This document shows, piece after piece, positions 26,085-38,765 of a stretch of 64,000 nt of DNA. The translations under genes and the position numbers were made by a program. The notes beneath the pieces were generated by a model. It saw only the letters and a program-made list of their open reading frames with translations. It had not been told where the DNA came from and did no database searches. Every line of letters starts with the position of its first letter. The stretch's first letter is position 1. The DNA is from Podarcis filfolensis (lineage: Eukaryota), in assembly GCA_964270895.1 (NCBI GenBank), contig OZ185435.1. One strand, written 5' to 3'.

Positions 26085-26530
26085 CATGGCCATACAGTGA
26101 ATATGGGTATGGAGACTCAGGTTCAAATCGCATGAGCTTCTGCTCCCAACTGTAAAATGGGAATTGTTATGTATTCAGTGGTCTGTGTTTGCCTGAGCTC
26201 AAGTCTGGACTAAGGATTCTGAGCTCCTGTGTTCTGATTCAATACATGATATCCAATCACAGAACATTTCAGGATTTGGGCTTCTGCCATTGGCCCTTAA
26301 ACTCTGAGTCATGATTCACAGCTTGGAAGTTTAGACAGCCAATCATGTTGGGAGTGTGAGTGGCCCAGGCCTTCAGAAATGTATATAAGCAGTTGCTTTG
26401 CCCCTGTTGTCCAGTTCTGTTAGTTCAATAAATGCTCTTGCTGTTATCACTGTGTCTTGCCTCGTGGGAACCCACCTACACTTCAGGAATTACTATTAAA
26501 AACATCACAAGGCTCTTCTGAAGTTAATGT
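26085..26530 (+). mobile_element. MIR-like SINE split by the solo LTR
   Basis: ctgtaaaatgggaat | tactattaaaaacatcacaagg... joins into a CORE motif once the LTR is removed. Confidence 0.55.
26165..26485 (+). mobile_element. Solo LTR (321 bp)
   Basis: TG...CA ends; 5-bp TSD GGAAT (26160-26164, 26486-26490); CCAAT at 26253 and 26339, TATATAA 26382-26388, AATAAA 26427-26432. Confidence 0.88.
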
Positions 26531-26621
26531 TTATATACTGGAGGCCAATGGTGACATGGCACAAAACTGAGGAGGAAAATTCCAATGGTCTCATGACAGT
26601 AAAACAATAACAACATAATGA

Positions 26622-26730
26622 AGTTGTTGTTGTTGTTTAGTCGTTTAGCCGTGTCCGACTCTTCGTGACCCCATGGACCAGAGCATGCCAGGCACTCCTG
26701 TCTTCCACTGCCTCCCGCAGTTTGGTCAAA
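26622..26730 (-). mobile_element. Very short 5'-truncated Bov-B 3' end
   Basis: (GTT)n tail plus tagtcgtttagccgtgtccgactcttcgtgaccccatggacc; 7-bp TSD ATAATGA (26615-26621, 26731-26737). Confidence 0.92.
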
Positions 26731-26939
26731 ATAATGACCAAATTACTTCCATGTAACAAGTTACTTCCATGTAAATCCACATAGGATTGCATTTAAAGAC
26801 TATACCTGCAATTTGTTGTCCTTTAATAGTACTCCAAAATCTGCTGCCTAAAGCATACCTCAGCATGCCTAATGAGAACCCGCTTATATCTTATTGAACT
26901 AATTAATGGCATAGGCCTGCTATTGCATGCATATTTTTT

Positions 26940-27138
26940 GATAAATAGGTACTGCTCCGGCAGGAAGGCAAACACCGTTTCTGTGTGCTGCTCTGGTTCG
27001 CCAGAAGTGGCTTGGTCATGCTTGCCACATGACCGGAAGCTGTACGCCGGCTCCCTCAGCCAGTAAAGCGAGATGAGCACCACAACCCAAGAGTCGTCCA
27101 TGACTGGACCTAACAGTCAGGGGTCCCTTTACCTTTAC
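26940..27138 (+). mobile_element. 5'-truncated Sauria SINE
   Basis: gataaataggtac...ggggtcccttttacctttacc; same subfamily as 8430-8771. Confidence 0.92.
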
Positions 27139-27235
27139 CATCAATATAGTGGTATGACCAAACGTCAATAGAAAAATGCTTCTCTTCTTGTGCAGATATT
27201 GTGCACATCTGATTTGCTGACCTTTTATACAGACC

Positions 27236-27660
27236 TGGTTTGCACGTCACAATAAACCATAGTTAAGAACAAACTCTGGTTTAATGTGAATGTGCAGCAT
27301 GTTAGTGCATGCTGCTTTGAAAGTCTCACTCTGATCCTCCCCCACTCCTGCTGCGCCACCAGGAAACAAGCCAGAGTCTGGCTTGTTGTGATATCCAAAC
27401 CTGGACCTGTGGTTTGTTTCTCTCCAAACAACTAGGAGCAGTAACCAATGCCTGCTCTTGGCTGACTCCTCATAATTTGTTTAGGGGAAATAAACCAAGC
27501 GCCTGGGTTTGGCTATTGCAACAAGCCAGACTTTGACTTATTTTCTGTTGGTGTGGCAGCAGCAGGAGGAGTGGGAAAGGAGCAGAGTGAGAACTTTTCA
27601 GTATAATGCTCAAACACACTGCATGCTCACATTAAACCAAGCTTGTGTGATGTGTGACTA
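27236..27660. mobile_element. MITE with long (~150-bp) degenerate inverted arms
   Basis: ggtttaatgtg...ccactcctgctgcgccaccaggaaacaagccagagtctggcttgttg...ccaaacc mirrors ggtttgg...caacaagccagactttgac...gcagcaggaggagtggg...cacattaaacc. Confidence 0.75.
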
Positions 27661-28089
27661 TTCTAGAAATGGAGCAGTGCAATGCATCAGGGGGCAATAC
27701 ATTGATAGAACAAAATTTAGCAAGGCAAACAGGTTTAGCACAGATCTGCTAAAACCAGGAATCCAACTAACCCAATATTTATTTAGATCGTTTCCATACC
27801 ACCCTTTACACAGGCCACTCTGCAATTTACAATATAGACAAGTAACTAGGAATACATAAAATCAATTTAAACACATACACACAATCCATTAAACCACACA
27901 ACAACAAATAACTAAATTACTGTTACTTATAGTAACAGCAATCAGGTCTCTCTTCCTCCAAAAGCCCTTTGAATATTTTCAGGGGAATATGAATAATACC
28001 TAAATGATAGACATTCCTTCAATGGATGGTTCAATCTACATCCCTCAGATACTGTATTCATCTTAAGGAACCATCAATTGCTTCTATAA

Positions 28090-28740
28090 TGTCCTCAAAA
28101 AGATATCCATCACCACTCCTCTTAGCAAATTGTTTCCATGCCCCAGAATTCTTTTTGGCAACTTCTTTCTAGCGTTCCACTTAAATCTTTTGGATTATGG
28201 TTTGATCTTATTTGTTAATTGGCTTGTCCAGAGCTGACATTGTGGGCAATGAATGGTGATCCTCCGTAATGCAATGCTTCAGCATCATCACCAACGATCA
28301 TTTCTTCGTATTTTCTCTCCCAGGCTAAACAAATGCAAATCCTATAGTCTTTCCTCACATCATTTTCTCTAGACCTATGATTATTCTGCTGGATCTTTGG
28401 ACTAATTCCAGTTCTCAGTGCCTTTCTTGACATGTGCTACCAGAACTCACAGTACTTCTGCAAAAGCTGCACAAATGCTAGTTGGGAGAAATACATCCTA
28501 TGTCTTACTCTTGATTTCTCTATTAATGTACTCTGGGTCATGTCACTATTTCCTAGATCCTTTTCTGCACGATCAAGTAGATAGAAATAGATATGTCAAA
28601 TACTATCTGTGCCTTTGATTATTCTTGCAGAAGGACCTTGCACTTACCCTTATTAAATATCAGCCTATTTATTTTTTGCTTGGCTTTCCATTCTTTTGAG
28701 ATAATTCTGATGGATTTTCATGTGTTCTAAGGTATTCTGC
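28090..28740 (-). mobile_element. Ancient CR1/L3 fragment
   Basis: ttctctcccaggctaaacaaatgcaaatcctatagtctttcctc...ccagttctcagtgcctttcttgacatgtgctaccagaactcacagtacttc is reverse CR1 RT C-terminal sequence, heavily diverged. Confidence 0.7.
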
Positions 28741-28869
28741 AAGTTTTAGAATAGTGCTTCCTATTCTGAATCATATGACTATATTAAATCACACTGCGGC
28801 TACAATAGAAGCTGGTTGGATTTCACTTATTATGCAGCTCGTTTGAGGCAGGTGCTGAATCATTTACAT

Positions 28870-28967
28870 CATGGGTGTAGCCGGGAGGGCAGTTGCCCCC
28901 CTAAATCAATAAAATACTTAACTAACGGAGGTTCTACCCCCCTAACATAAATCCTGACTACGCTCAT
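28870..28967. mobile_element. 98-bp hAT MITE
   Basis: TIRs CATGGGTGTAGCC / GACTACGCTCATG; 8-bp TSD ATTTACAT (28862-28869, 28968-28975). Confidence 0.9.
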
Positions 28968-29886
28968 GATTTACATGCCCCCCTTTGCATTCGAGATTCC
29001 AGCCTACCGTGCTTTCATCAACAGTGTAAAATTACTTCCACATCCCCTTAAACAGTTTCAGATCAAGCCACGTGAGAGATTGTCAAAGGCCTTATTTATC
29101 TCTACATATAACACTTGTCTTTGTACCTCTGTGTGCACTGCAAACTTAGCAAGGCGGAAAATCATTTATGCTGGATTTGTATATTTATCCTTTCCATATG
29201 GTTCCTTGAGAGGGACCGTACATGGTCCCGCAAGAAATATTTTGTATGATGCCATTTGTGCTATTTGAAAACACTCTCTTGAATCCCAGCCACATAACTA
29301 TGCTGTTATTTCTAATGACAAGGGGGAAAAAATCTCATTTTCTCCCCCTCTCCAATCACACAAACATATTCTTTTATCTGAGAAGCACAATGTAATTGAA
29401 AACAAAGGGCTAGATCACTATCAAGTATTGTCATAGAACCATTTTTCTTTTCCTGGGCATTTATATTCCATTCCTTGGCTCTGCTTGCAGAGATTTGTCA
29501 TCCTTGGCTTCAAGTATCATGGAGAGACAGAATACCAAAGCTGGATCTTTGTAAGCATCTAAATAAGCCATTTTAAAAAAGACAGTGTGATAGTGTGGCC
29601 TGTCCAGAATCTTTCCCAGGGCCATACTGAAGTACATCCAACAACTCAAGCTCGCTTTGTACTGTACGGAACTGGTCCCTCCACAATGTGCTGCTTCATG
29701 CACTGCCGACAGTAGTGATCTCAGGACCAGCAGGAGCCAGAGCTCTGCAGGCCTAGAGGCTGCTCTCCAGACTTGCAAAAAGCTACTGTTCAACTTCCAA
29801 GCAAAATACAATTGAGTACAAAAGAGCCAAATCAATCAGTGCTTGCTGGATAATTTGCAAGAGGCAAAACCTTGTTGGGACATTTA

Positions 29887-30299
29887 CCGTATTTTTCAGT
29901 GTATAAGACTAGGTTATTTTATTAAAATATTATGCTAAAAACTTGGGGTTGTCTTATACATGGATAGTGGAGAGGTGGGACGGGCGATTGGTGGCTGCTG
30001 CGAGCAGGATATTGTCTGCAGACTTTTTGTGGGTGATTGGTGGGTGCTGCAAGGTCCTCTGGCTATTGGCTGCTGCGGCAATTGGGAGGGTGATTGGTGC
30101 TTGCTTTTGGCAAGTAGACGATTGGTGGCTTCACCGATGTGTGTGCGATTGGCTGTTGCACTCCTGCGGGTGAGCGATTTTTGGCAACCCCCCTCCCCAA
30201 AAAAGCTCAACAACTCTGGGCAATCTTCCCCTATTTTCTCTATTTGGAGTCCCAAAAAAGACTTATACATGGGGGCGTCTTATACACAGAAAAATACAA
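29887..30299. mobile_element. Tc1/mariner (Tc2/Kanga-like) MITE
   Basis: TIRs CCGTATTTTTCAGTGTATAAGAC / GTCTTATACACAGAAAAATAC, flanked by TA; internal repeated gattgg(t)ggctgc motifs. Confidence 0.88.
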
Positions 30300-31019
30300 T
30301 ATTTATTTTTAAACATCTGGCCTTTGGCAAGGAGGCCAGAAAACCATGTGGGAATGCGCCTGTCTATCTGTAAAGCTTGCTTACTCAGAATCAGGGGTGG
30401 GTGACAGTTGTGGTGTAGCAGGGCTCCTTGAAGGAGAGAGAGTGGACCCCACTCCTTCACAGCTGGTCACAGGTTTTGGCCTTGATGGACCGCAGGAATT
30501 GATGGGATTGCTTACCAACTTTTAAATTCAAACTGGCTAGTAGGGGTCAGAGAGGAGGGCAGAGCCTGGGAAGTGGAACAGAGTAAGCAAGTCTTCACTC
30601 TGGTCCGCCACTGGAATATTTATGCCGGTTGTGCTTGGACCCAGCAGCGCAGTCAGTGGAAGACCAACCCACTCAACCCATTATACTGGTCCTTAGGCAC
30701 CACTTTAGGAGGACATTGCTGTTGATCTAATTGGTCACCATATTCAGGGCTGGAAAGGAATTTGCCTGCAAACAAATGGCCCATCTGGGGTTTTTGTCTT
30801 CCTCATAGCAATCACCACAACTTTCAGCGGATAAGGCACTGGGTTGAATCCTTAGTCTAGCTTCCAGGGGGTGGGGTGAGTTGTTGCATCACTCCTGCCC
30901 TTGTGCAGGTGCAATATCTCAGGGTACCCTGGTAAAGCGATCTGTGTGGAAGTTTCTGTCCTAAAGCCATAGAGAGAGGATGGGCCATAGACCTTCCAAT
31001 GGTGGCTGGGGTGGGGGAA

Positions 31020-31200
31020 GCTTACTTGACCTGCATCTTGACCTGCATCTGTAACTCAGGCATGACCTTGTTCAAAACTTCAGCCATTCAGGAGGAGGCT
31101 GGTGCAGGATACATGTTCAGTGCCTAAACCAAAGCCCACCTACATCTGTAATCAATAAAGTTATGGCCAATTTCCAATTCCAGAATGTTGCTGTGTCAAT
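31020..31200 (+). mobile_element. LTR 3' fragment related to 50558-51487
   Basis: Shares ctgtaatcaataaagtt(a/g)tggcc with 51393-51416. Confidence 0.5.
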
Positions 31201-31264
31201 TTGTTTCAGCTGTTCACTACCTCACCCTTCCCATCCCTGAAAGCATGCTGTACATGGGTCCACA

Positions 31265-32560
31265 GATGCTACCTGACAACAATAACACATGTCTTAGTTA
31301 TATCTCAACATCAAAAAAACGAAGATCATGGCCACTGGTCCCATCACCTCCTGGCAAATAGAAGGGGAAGAAATGGAGGCAGTGAGAGAGTTTACTTTCT
31401 TGGGCTCCATGATCACTGCAGATGGTGACAGCAGTCAAGAATTTAAAAGATGCCCACTTCTTGGGAGAAAAGCGATGACAAACCTAGATAACATCTAAAA
31501 AAGCAAAGACATCATCTTGCCAACAAAGGTCTGAATAATTAAAGCTATGGTTTTCCCAGTAGTGATGTATGGAAGTGAGAGCTGGACCATAAAGAAGGCT
31601 GATCACTGAAGAATTGATGCTTTTGAATTATGGTGCTGGAGGAGACTCTTGAGAGTCCCATGGACTGCAAGAAGATCAAACCTATCCATTCTTAAGGATA
31701 GGTAAGCCCTGAGTGCTCACTGGAAGGACAGATCCTGAAGATGAGGCTCCAGTACTTTGGAATACTGGAGGACTCCCTGGAAAAGACCCTGATGCTGGGA
31801 AAGATGGAGGACACAAGGAGAAGGGGATGACAGAGGACGAGATGGTTGGACAGTTTTCTCAAAGCTACGAACATGAGCTTGACCAAACTATGGGAGGCAG
31901 TGGAAGACAGGAGTGCTTGGCGTGCTCTGGTCCATGGGGTCACGAAGAGTCAGACACGACTAAATGACTAAACAACAATAGTTATATCCAGGTTAGATAG
32001 CTGCAAAATGCTCTATATAGGGCTATTCCAGAAGCATCAGCTGTTCCAAAATACAACTGCAGATGCTGGTGGGTGCTCACTCATGGGTTGACTTTACACC
32101 AGTCTTGAAACAGCTGCAGTTCTTACCAATTTGCTTCCAGCCACAATTCAAAATGTTGGTGATTTTCTTTAATGTCCTAAATGGCTTGGGCTGAGGATAC
32201 TTTAGGGGTTACTGCCCTCTGTATAATTCTGATCATTCCCTTAAATCAGAGGGAGGGGCCCTTCTTTGTCTTGCCTAAGGCAGAAGCACAGCTGGACGGG
32301 ACAAGAGAGAGGGCCTTTTCTATGGTTGCACCCAGATTATGGAACACCTTGCCTTTTGAAGTGCGGTTGGCCGCTTCATTAACAATTACAGAAGACCTGT
32401 TTATTCTAGGAGGCTTTTACTTCATGAAACAGACAATGCTTGTATGGTTTTTCAACTGCTGACCTTGTGTCTTTCTGCTATTGTTTTATAGAAATGCAAT
32501 ATATATTGTAACCTGCCCTGAATAGTGTTTTTGCACTCAAAGGGCAAGGCAGAAATGTTT
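31265..32560 (+). mobile_element. Older L2 3' fragment (host of the Bov-B copy)
   Basis: cacatgtcttagttatatc|caggttagatagctgc (HALVTSRLDYC-like), followed by an L2 C-terminus and tail tgtaacctgccctga...aaagggcaagg. Confidence 0.75.
31305..31978 (+). mobile_element. Bov-B LINE, 5'-truncated, inserted in an L2
   Basis: Bov-B RT C-terminus and tail acgactaaatgactaaacaacaa; 10-bp TSD TAGTTATATC (31295-31304, 31979-31988). Confidence 0.95.
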
Positions 32561-33149
32561 AAATCTAAAGGCAGGAGAGTCACTTTTGAATGCTTTCCAA
32601 CTGGAATTTCTCCCTTTCTCAGCTCTACCCTAAATAACTGATGACTCAACAGCTCTGTCTGCTCTCATTGCCTTTTCTTTGCTTCTGGGGACCTGCCAGC
32701 TACTCTTGGATCTTAGTTTAGGCCTTAATTCATACGGATCTTAAGTCCTAGAAGACACTTGCTCTGTACTTCTAGAGTCATTGGCTTGGGTAATACAACT
32801 TGGAACGTCGCCTGTGCTCCTGGTTTTTCATACTGGGACATTTATGCTGGAGTCTCGCCACTCTTCTGGGAAACTTGCCACACTATTGCAAGATTCTTGT
32901 TCTAGGTCTTTCCCAGGATTCAGGTTCTGGGTGTTAGCTTTCTCTCTCTTCATAGTTTTTGCTTCTTGCATCATGGACCACACCAAAGAAATCCTGCAAG
33001 CTACTGAACTACATAATGATTTAAAGCAAAGCTGTTTTCCCCCTCAGGAGCACAAAGAACATTCCTGGTTTCTGCATTCTGGCCAAGTCATCTGCTATAA
33101 AGTATGTTCATCTTACAGGAAATAAAATAATTTGAAATTTAAGAAAATT

Positions 33150-33246
33150 CTCAGACTCTCCTTACCGGGAGGTTTTTAAGCAGAGGTTGGATGGCCATCT
33201 GTCATGTGTGATCCAATTGAGATTCCTGTGTTGCAAGGGGTTGGAC

Positions 33247-33293
<47 letters not shown>

Positions 33294-33726
33294 GTTTATT
33301 ACTTATACCCCGCCCATATGGCTGGGCCTCCCCAGACACACTGGGCAGCTTCCAACAGGCTATTAAAAACACAATAAAACATCAAACATTAAAAACTTCC
33401 CTAAACAGGGCTGCCTTCAGATGTCTTCTAAAAGTCAGATACTTATTTCCTTGACATCTGATGGGAGGGCGTTGCACAGGGTGGGTGCCACTAGCGAGAA
33501 GGCCCTCTGCCTGGTTCCCTGTAACCTCACTTCTTGCAGTAAGGTTAGAAGGCTGTGAGGGAACCACCAGAAGGCTGTGAGGGAACCACCAGAAGGCCCT
33601 CTGCGCTGGACCTCAGTGTCCAGGCTGAAGAATGGGGGTGGAGACGCTCCTTCAGGTATACTGTGCCGAGGCCAAGACTGACTAGGTGACCCTTGGGGTC
33701 CATTCCAACTCTACAATTCTATGACC
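33150..33726 (+). mobile_element. CR1 3' end split by an L2 insertion
   Basis: ggtttttaagcagaggttggatggccatctg...ggggttggacta | gactaggtgacccttggggtccattccaactctacaattctatga. Confidence 0.85.
33249..33679 (-). mobile_element. L2 3' end with (TAA)n tail
   Basis: (TAA)~15 at 33247-33293, then reverse L2 UTR; TSD GACTA (33244-33248, 33680-33684); internal 22-bp tandem duplication at ~33547-33596. Confidence 0.88.
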
Positions 33727-33959
33727 CTGGATACCACATTCCAAAGAAACAGCAATGTTGTTCTGCCTCAAACAAACCTGCAGTTGCGCTAGCCTGCAAG
33801 TTATGTTTTCCCTGCAGCATTGTCCAGAAGAACACTTTGTATGGAGGACAATTGTCCCTCATATTACTTTTCCAGCATTCTGCCCTTTTAAAAAGCATCT
33901 AAAAGCTTTTACGATTTGAGATTTATCAGACACATCTCCTTAATTTCCAAGCAAGTCAG

Positions 33960-33991
33960 GTTTTTGTTTGTTTTTGTTTTTGTTTTGTTTT
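33960..33991. repeat. (TTTTG)n simple repeat
   Basis: tttttgtttgtttttgttttgttttgtttt. Confidence 0.9.
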
Positions 33992-36799
33992 AAGTGCTTA
34001 ATATAATTTCAGGTACTAAAACCATAGCGGTATGAGCCAAAAAATACGACGTGTCAGGGTGAAGTGACCCAGCATTTGTGCACACACACACAATTCATAG
34101 GACAAAAGCTTCATTAACTCAGAAGTGTCAAGATGAAATGGAAAGGAAGAGGGTGGAAAGTGCTGAACAAACGCATAATAAGGAGAATGTTGAAGTATTA
34201 GATGGGTGCCAGCAATGTTGAATGATGGTCAAGGAAGGCCTTGTGTAAAACCTGGGGTTTGAAGATGACTTAGGTGCAGGGCGATGGCAGAAAGGTGCAA
34301 AGCAGCAGTCGGAGATGAGACACATGTACAAAGGTTCATCATATTAATTCAGTGAAAGCTTAAGTGTTTTGAAAAGCCACTGCAATTTTCTTCCTGCAAC
34401 TGAACCTTACAATGGGAAAAGTAAGAGTAAGAAAGACATAGGCCTCTAAACAAAGGTTTGGTAGCATCAGGAAGAGATGAGCTTTGGTAAGGGGAGGGGC
34501 TGAACAGAAGGCGAGAGGCTTTCTGCCCCCCACAGGAGAAAACTAAGGAAGCATTCCAGTCCTGGCTGACACATAGCAGCTGTGCAATTGTAATTGCTTA
34601 GAGTAAACATCTTCCACAGGGGACATCTTTAGCATGGCCTATGGGGCATCGTTTCTTTCCAGCATTTATTTGCCAATTCTGGGCAGTGCTGGGTGGGCTG
34701 ATTGCTTTTGCTCTGCTGGTTGTCAGAGTCGCTCTGGGTGATGTCACTGGAGCAGCTGCTCAGCTGCAAGTATACTACTCTTTGCCTCGCAGGGGGTATA
34801 GCCTACATTACGAGCAATGGCAGGCTGGCTGGTTGACTGGCTCCAATACGCTCCCAGCTCTGCAGCAGTTCTGGTGGTGACATGCCTTGTCAGTGCTCAC
34901 CCCAGAGCAACATGACACACAGCCCTCAAAGTGGTGGAAAGAGCACTTTCCAGATGTGAACAATAATCCCCCCCCAATAAGAAGGGAGGCCCAATCAACA
35001 GCCAACTGAGTGCAGTTCAAGTACATTTAAGGTCCACACTTTTAGGCTGCAGTCATTAATCTGCTTTCATTGAGACATAGCTATTTTGCAATCAAGAGAA
35101 GCTCAGCGTGACAATTCCAAAAATCAGGGGAGATTCAGGATCACAGTCCTCCTAACCACTGTTTAAAATTATGGCGTAACAGCCAGTATTTGCACAGCTA
35201 CTGTGGTTGTGTTAAGCGACAACCAAGCAACCCCCCTCCCCATTGCAATACACACAGAGGTTTTTAATTTTGAGTTCCATTTGGGAAACCATTAAGATGA
35301 AACCTAAAATGGTTGTGGGTGGAGATGTCCCCTGTTTTCCAGCAGCTGTAGTTTCCCCCTACCTATATGCTTATTGATGATCTCTAACTCTAAAAAGGTG
35401 GTAAGACAGAGCCCATTCGTGAAACTGCTCAGGCAAATCTTCTGGATTGTCACTTTTTGAGATGACAAGAACTTCACTTTTCAAGATTTTGCACAATACC
35501 AAAAGTATGGAAAGATCAAATATACTGATGCTCATGGGCCTCAGCTGACCTAAGGTTGTTGGTGGTTTAAAAAATAGATACTCTATTCAGAATACTGTCT
35601 ACAGGTTCACACATATTTGGGGAGTTAGTGTTTTCACAGTGGCTGCCTGCTTCTCACCTTATTTCCCAATGTCAAATAATTCTTCTACTGTAATTAGCTG
35701 AAGAAAATTGGCATTTTAAACACATTATCCAAAAAACATACACAGCCACTCAAGAACATAACTGAAAGGAGCCAGCTATTACAAGTATTTGTGCGTCCCT
35801 GTTGTTTATAATAAAAAATGTTAGGTTGAATACGCTCTAAAGGTTTGCCTGCTGTGACTATTTCACTATGTCTAGGAAGCAAAAAGACAAACAACAAATC
35901 AAGTGAACCATTAACAAATTGTTAGAACAATGAATATGGTTTCCGCCGCTAAATGCAATTTTCTTTTGTGCTATTAGGCCTCTGCAATGCACTGAGATGT
36001 CTGGAGCTGTCAAAGCCTAATAAGGACAGCACATTTACTTCCTGCAATCCTTTCAATAATTTAGACGCAGACAATCTCTACCAATGCACATCTCGCTCTG
36101 TGTCAAAAGGTCAGGGGTTTGAGCCCCATTTTACCTTGGTTTGCAACACACTGAAGGAATGAAGTGTTTGAGCTTTTGCTCAAAAATCTATATTGTATTT
36201 ATATAAGGTTGGACCATTTTGAAATGCAAGTGTCCTTTTTGGTTTTCCTCCTTTTTAAAGGTCTACATTTGCACGAGTTTAAACAAATCATGTGATGTTT
36301 GCATCGATGCAAGATTTCTTCAGTAAAAGAAACAGTCTACTAGCACATCAGTTCTGATGATTTTATCACCAACATTTGATGACAGCAGGTCTAATGCCAT
36401 CACTCAGTTTTTGTGACTAATATGCACATAATATCTTTATTTTCCTGGGGGTTGGGTGGGCTGGCCTGGTTGTTCTATATGAAAATATTTATAACATTTC
36501 ATACTTAAGAACTGTGAACTTCCCCATGTTGTGGACACTGAAGACAAGACAGTAGTCAAGGAAGTCAACAGGGTCACAAGCAACCCTGAGAGAAATAAGG
36601 TGGTAGGGAAATGTTGTCTAATCCCATCATAGGGTTGGTATAGACAAGATTTATGCAAGCATGAGAAAACCCAGCAAGAATTCCCTTCCCCTGGCCCCAA
36701 GCAGTACCTTTTCCACAGAGGCTGGGGCGCCGACTTTATGGGGCCAAGTTGACTTCACCTCTCTGCACCCCCCATATCTGTTGCATAGTTACATAACTT

Positions 36800-36937
36800 T
36801 ATAACCTCCAACATTTCTCTGATGAAGACAGGAACATCCTAAAGAAAAGAGGGACATTCTGGGATCAAATCAGAAATCAGGACAGCTTCTGTAAATCCAG
36901 GACAGTCCCTGGAAAATAGGGACACTTGCAGGGTCTG
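36800..36937. mobile_element. hAT (Tip100-like) MITE
   Basis: Ends (c)ataacctccaacatttc / gacacttgcagggtctg with internal gggaca/tgtccc repeats. Confidence 0.75.
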
Positions 36938-38765
36938 TGAAGTGTAAATGTAACCTAGGTTGGAGCAGTTTGATATGTTAGAGAACTACGAGGGGGGAAA
37001 TAAAAATAAAAATACTATCTGGTTGTGGAACTGGAGGAGTAGCAGGTTTCCTCCAGATTTCGCAGTACATTTATGTAGCTAGAAAATAATAGAAAATCAC
37101 TGTTACCTGCAGCATGGGTAGACTGTAGATGAGACATGAATATGCTGCCTGCCCATACTCTGAACACCACAGTGCTGATTATGCTGTAAATTTACAGTGT
37201 AAATTTTACACCGTGCAATTATTTCTTTGTGTTGTTCTCAAGGACATAATCTGAATTCCAAGCTAGTCTCTCATTATGCAAGCACCGCTAAAGCATGAGG
37301 AAGAATATTATTTCTGTAGCCTATCTAGATGTATGTCCATTGCTTTGATCCTAGACTGGCGGCAAGAAGAAAAAAAAGAATTCTGTTCTAATTTTCTTTT
37401 TAAATTTGCTGCTTTTTTGTCTGCAGATCCACGTGGGTTGAACCCAGCATCCTTTCTGTTTTCCTGGGATAATGTCTGATTTCATCCACAGAATGCCACT
37501 CCTAGGCCCAACCAGCTTTTTTTTAAATTGAAGCGTTGCCAGTCCTATTTATGCCAAGTAATTCTCTTTAGCGCCCTAAGCCACAGAGCTTCTCAGAAAC
37601 AATTCATTCTGTGCAATGCAGTGCTCTTTGACTGAGTCAGCCACCTATTCCGAGCAGATAATGCAGTTTCTAAAAACAACCAGAACAGGCATATATTCCC
37701 AAGAAACTATGGATTGAGAGTCATGAAATCTAAGCTTATTTTCCATTATCAATATATGTTCCCTAGATGGACCAATGCAACGATTGCCAGAACAAATTTT
37801 GGGGCATGCAGATAAAACAAGACAATATGTCAGTGTGCGGTTTGCAAAAAAATCAGCTACGGAAACAGAATGCATACCACACGATTAAACTCTTGTGGCT
37901 GTTCCTTATTTGATGTGCCTGGGCTTAAAATATCCAGTGATAGCAGCAGTAAATCTCTATTTAGTTATGATGAGATAAGTGGATCTCCCTCTGTTCCTTC
38001 ACCCTCTTCCCTCCTTCCCTCCTCCTGTCTCCCACTTTCCCTCTGTCAAATAATAACTTACTCATCCATGAGCATATTACGGTATTTGCTTTTCTGTTCT
38101 GTAGCATCAGAGTCTTATTTTTCATGGCGTTATCATGCCTTTAGGTACTTTTGAATGGTTGTTTTGGAAGCCTTATCAACATCATCTTATATCCTTATTT
38201 ATTATGCTTTTAATTTGTAGCCAGTCTCTGAGGTGGCTTTGTATCTCTGTGTTATGAATGAGTGAAGGCTGCTTGCTAGTGATCTGCTGAATATGCTGTA
38301 ACATTGATGGGTTTAGTATCTATTTTCTGCATATGAAAATGGCAAGTATGGTTTTCCAGCCCAACCCAAAACAGAATTAATTGCAGCTAACCATTTAGCA
38401 GTCTTAAATGAATCTAACGCTGCCTAGAATTACAGCCACTTATACACCTTAAATTTATTTATTCAAAAGGCATTTCTATTGGTTAGCCATCACAGAATAT
38501 TAAGAAACAGAGCACTCCTCTTTGTATGGTTGGATGTGTGGCCTCTCAGCAAGCTAAATCCATTGAAACAGTTGTGATTTCTCATAGATTTTAATGAAAT
38601 ATAGCTTGTACTCAGAATGACCAGTCCCTTCAGCTTGAGTTTGAACTGACATTTGTGTTCTAAATTGAAGACCTTCTAGCTGAATTTCTGTTGCTCCCCG
38701 AAGACAGATGGGTGTTATATTCCAAGGTCTAGAGAGAGAATTCAGCCCATTAAATACCATCTAGC

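Noticed and set aside
32840-32997. Open minus-strand frame ...SFPEEWRDSSINVP with plausible splice sites
   Set aside because: PEEWRDSSI.VP resembles the LINE RT P..W..S.I.PI motif, so it is more likely an ancient LINE relic than a host exon.
34641-34880. Hydrophobic 79-aa ORF resembling a small membrane protein
   Set aside because: Non-ATG start, no splice support, and parts resemble decayed L2.
35658-35697. Minus-strand segment with strong acceptor and aag|GTGAGA donor
   Set aside because: Stop codons in all three frames. At most a non-coding or poison exon; it shows such splice pairs arise by chance.
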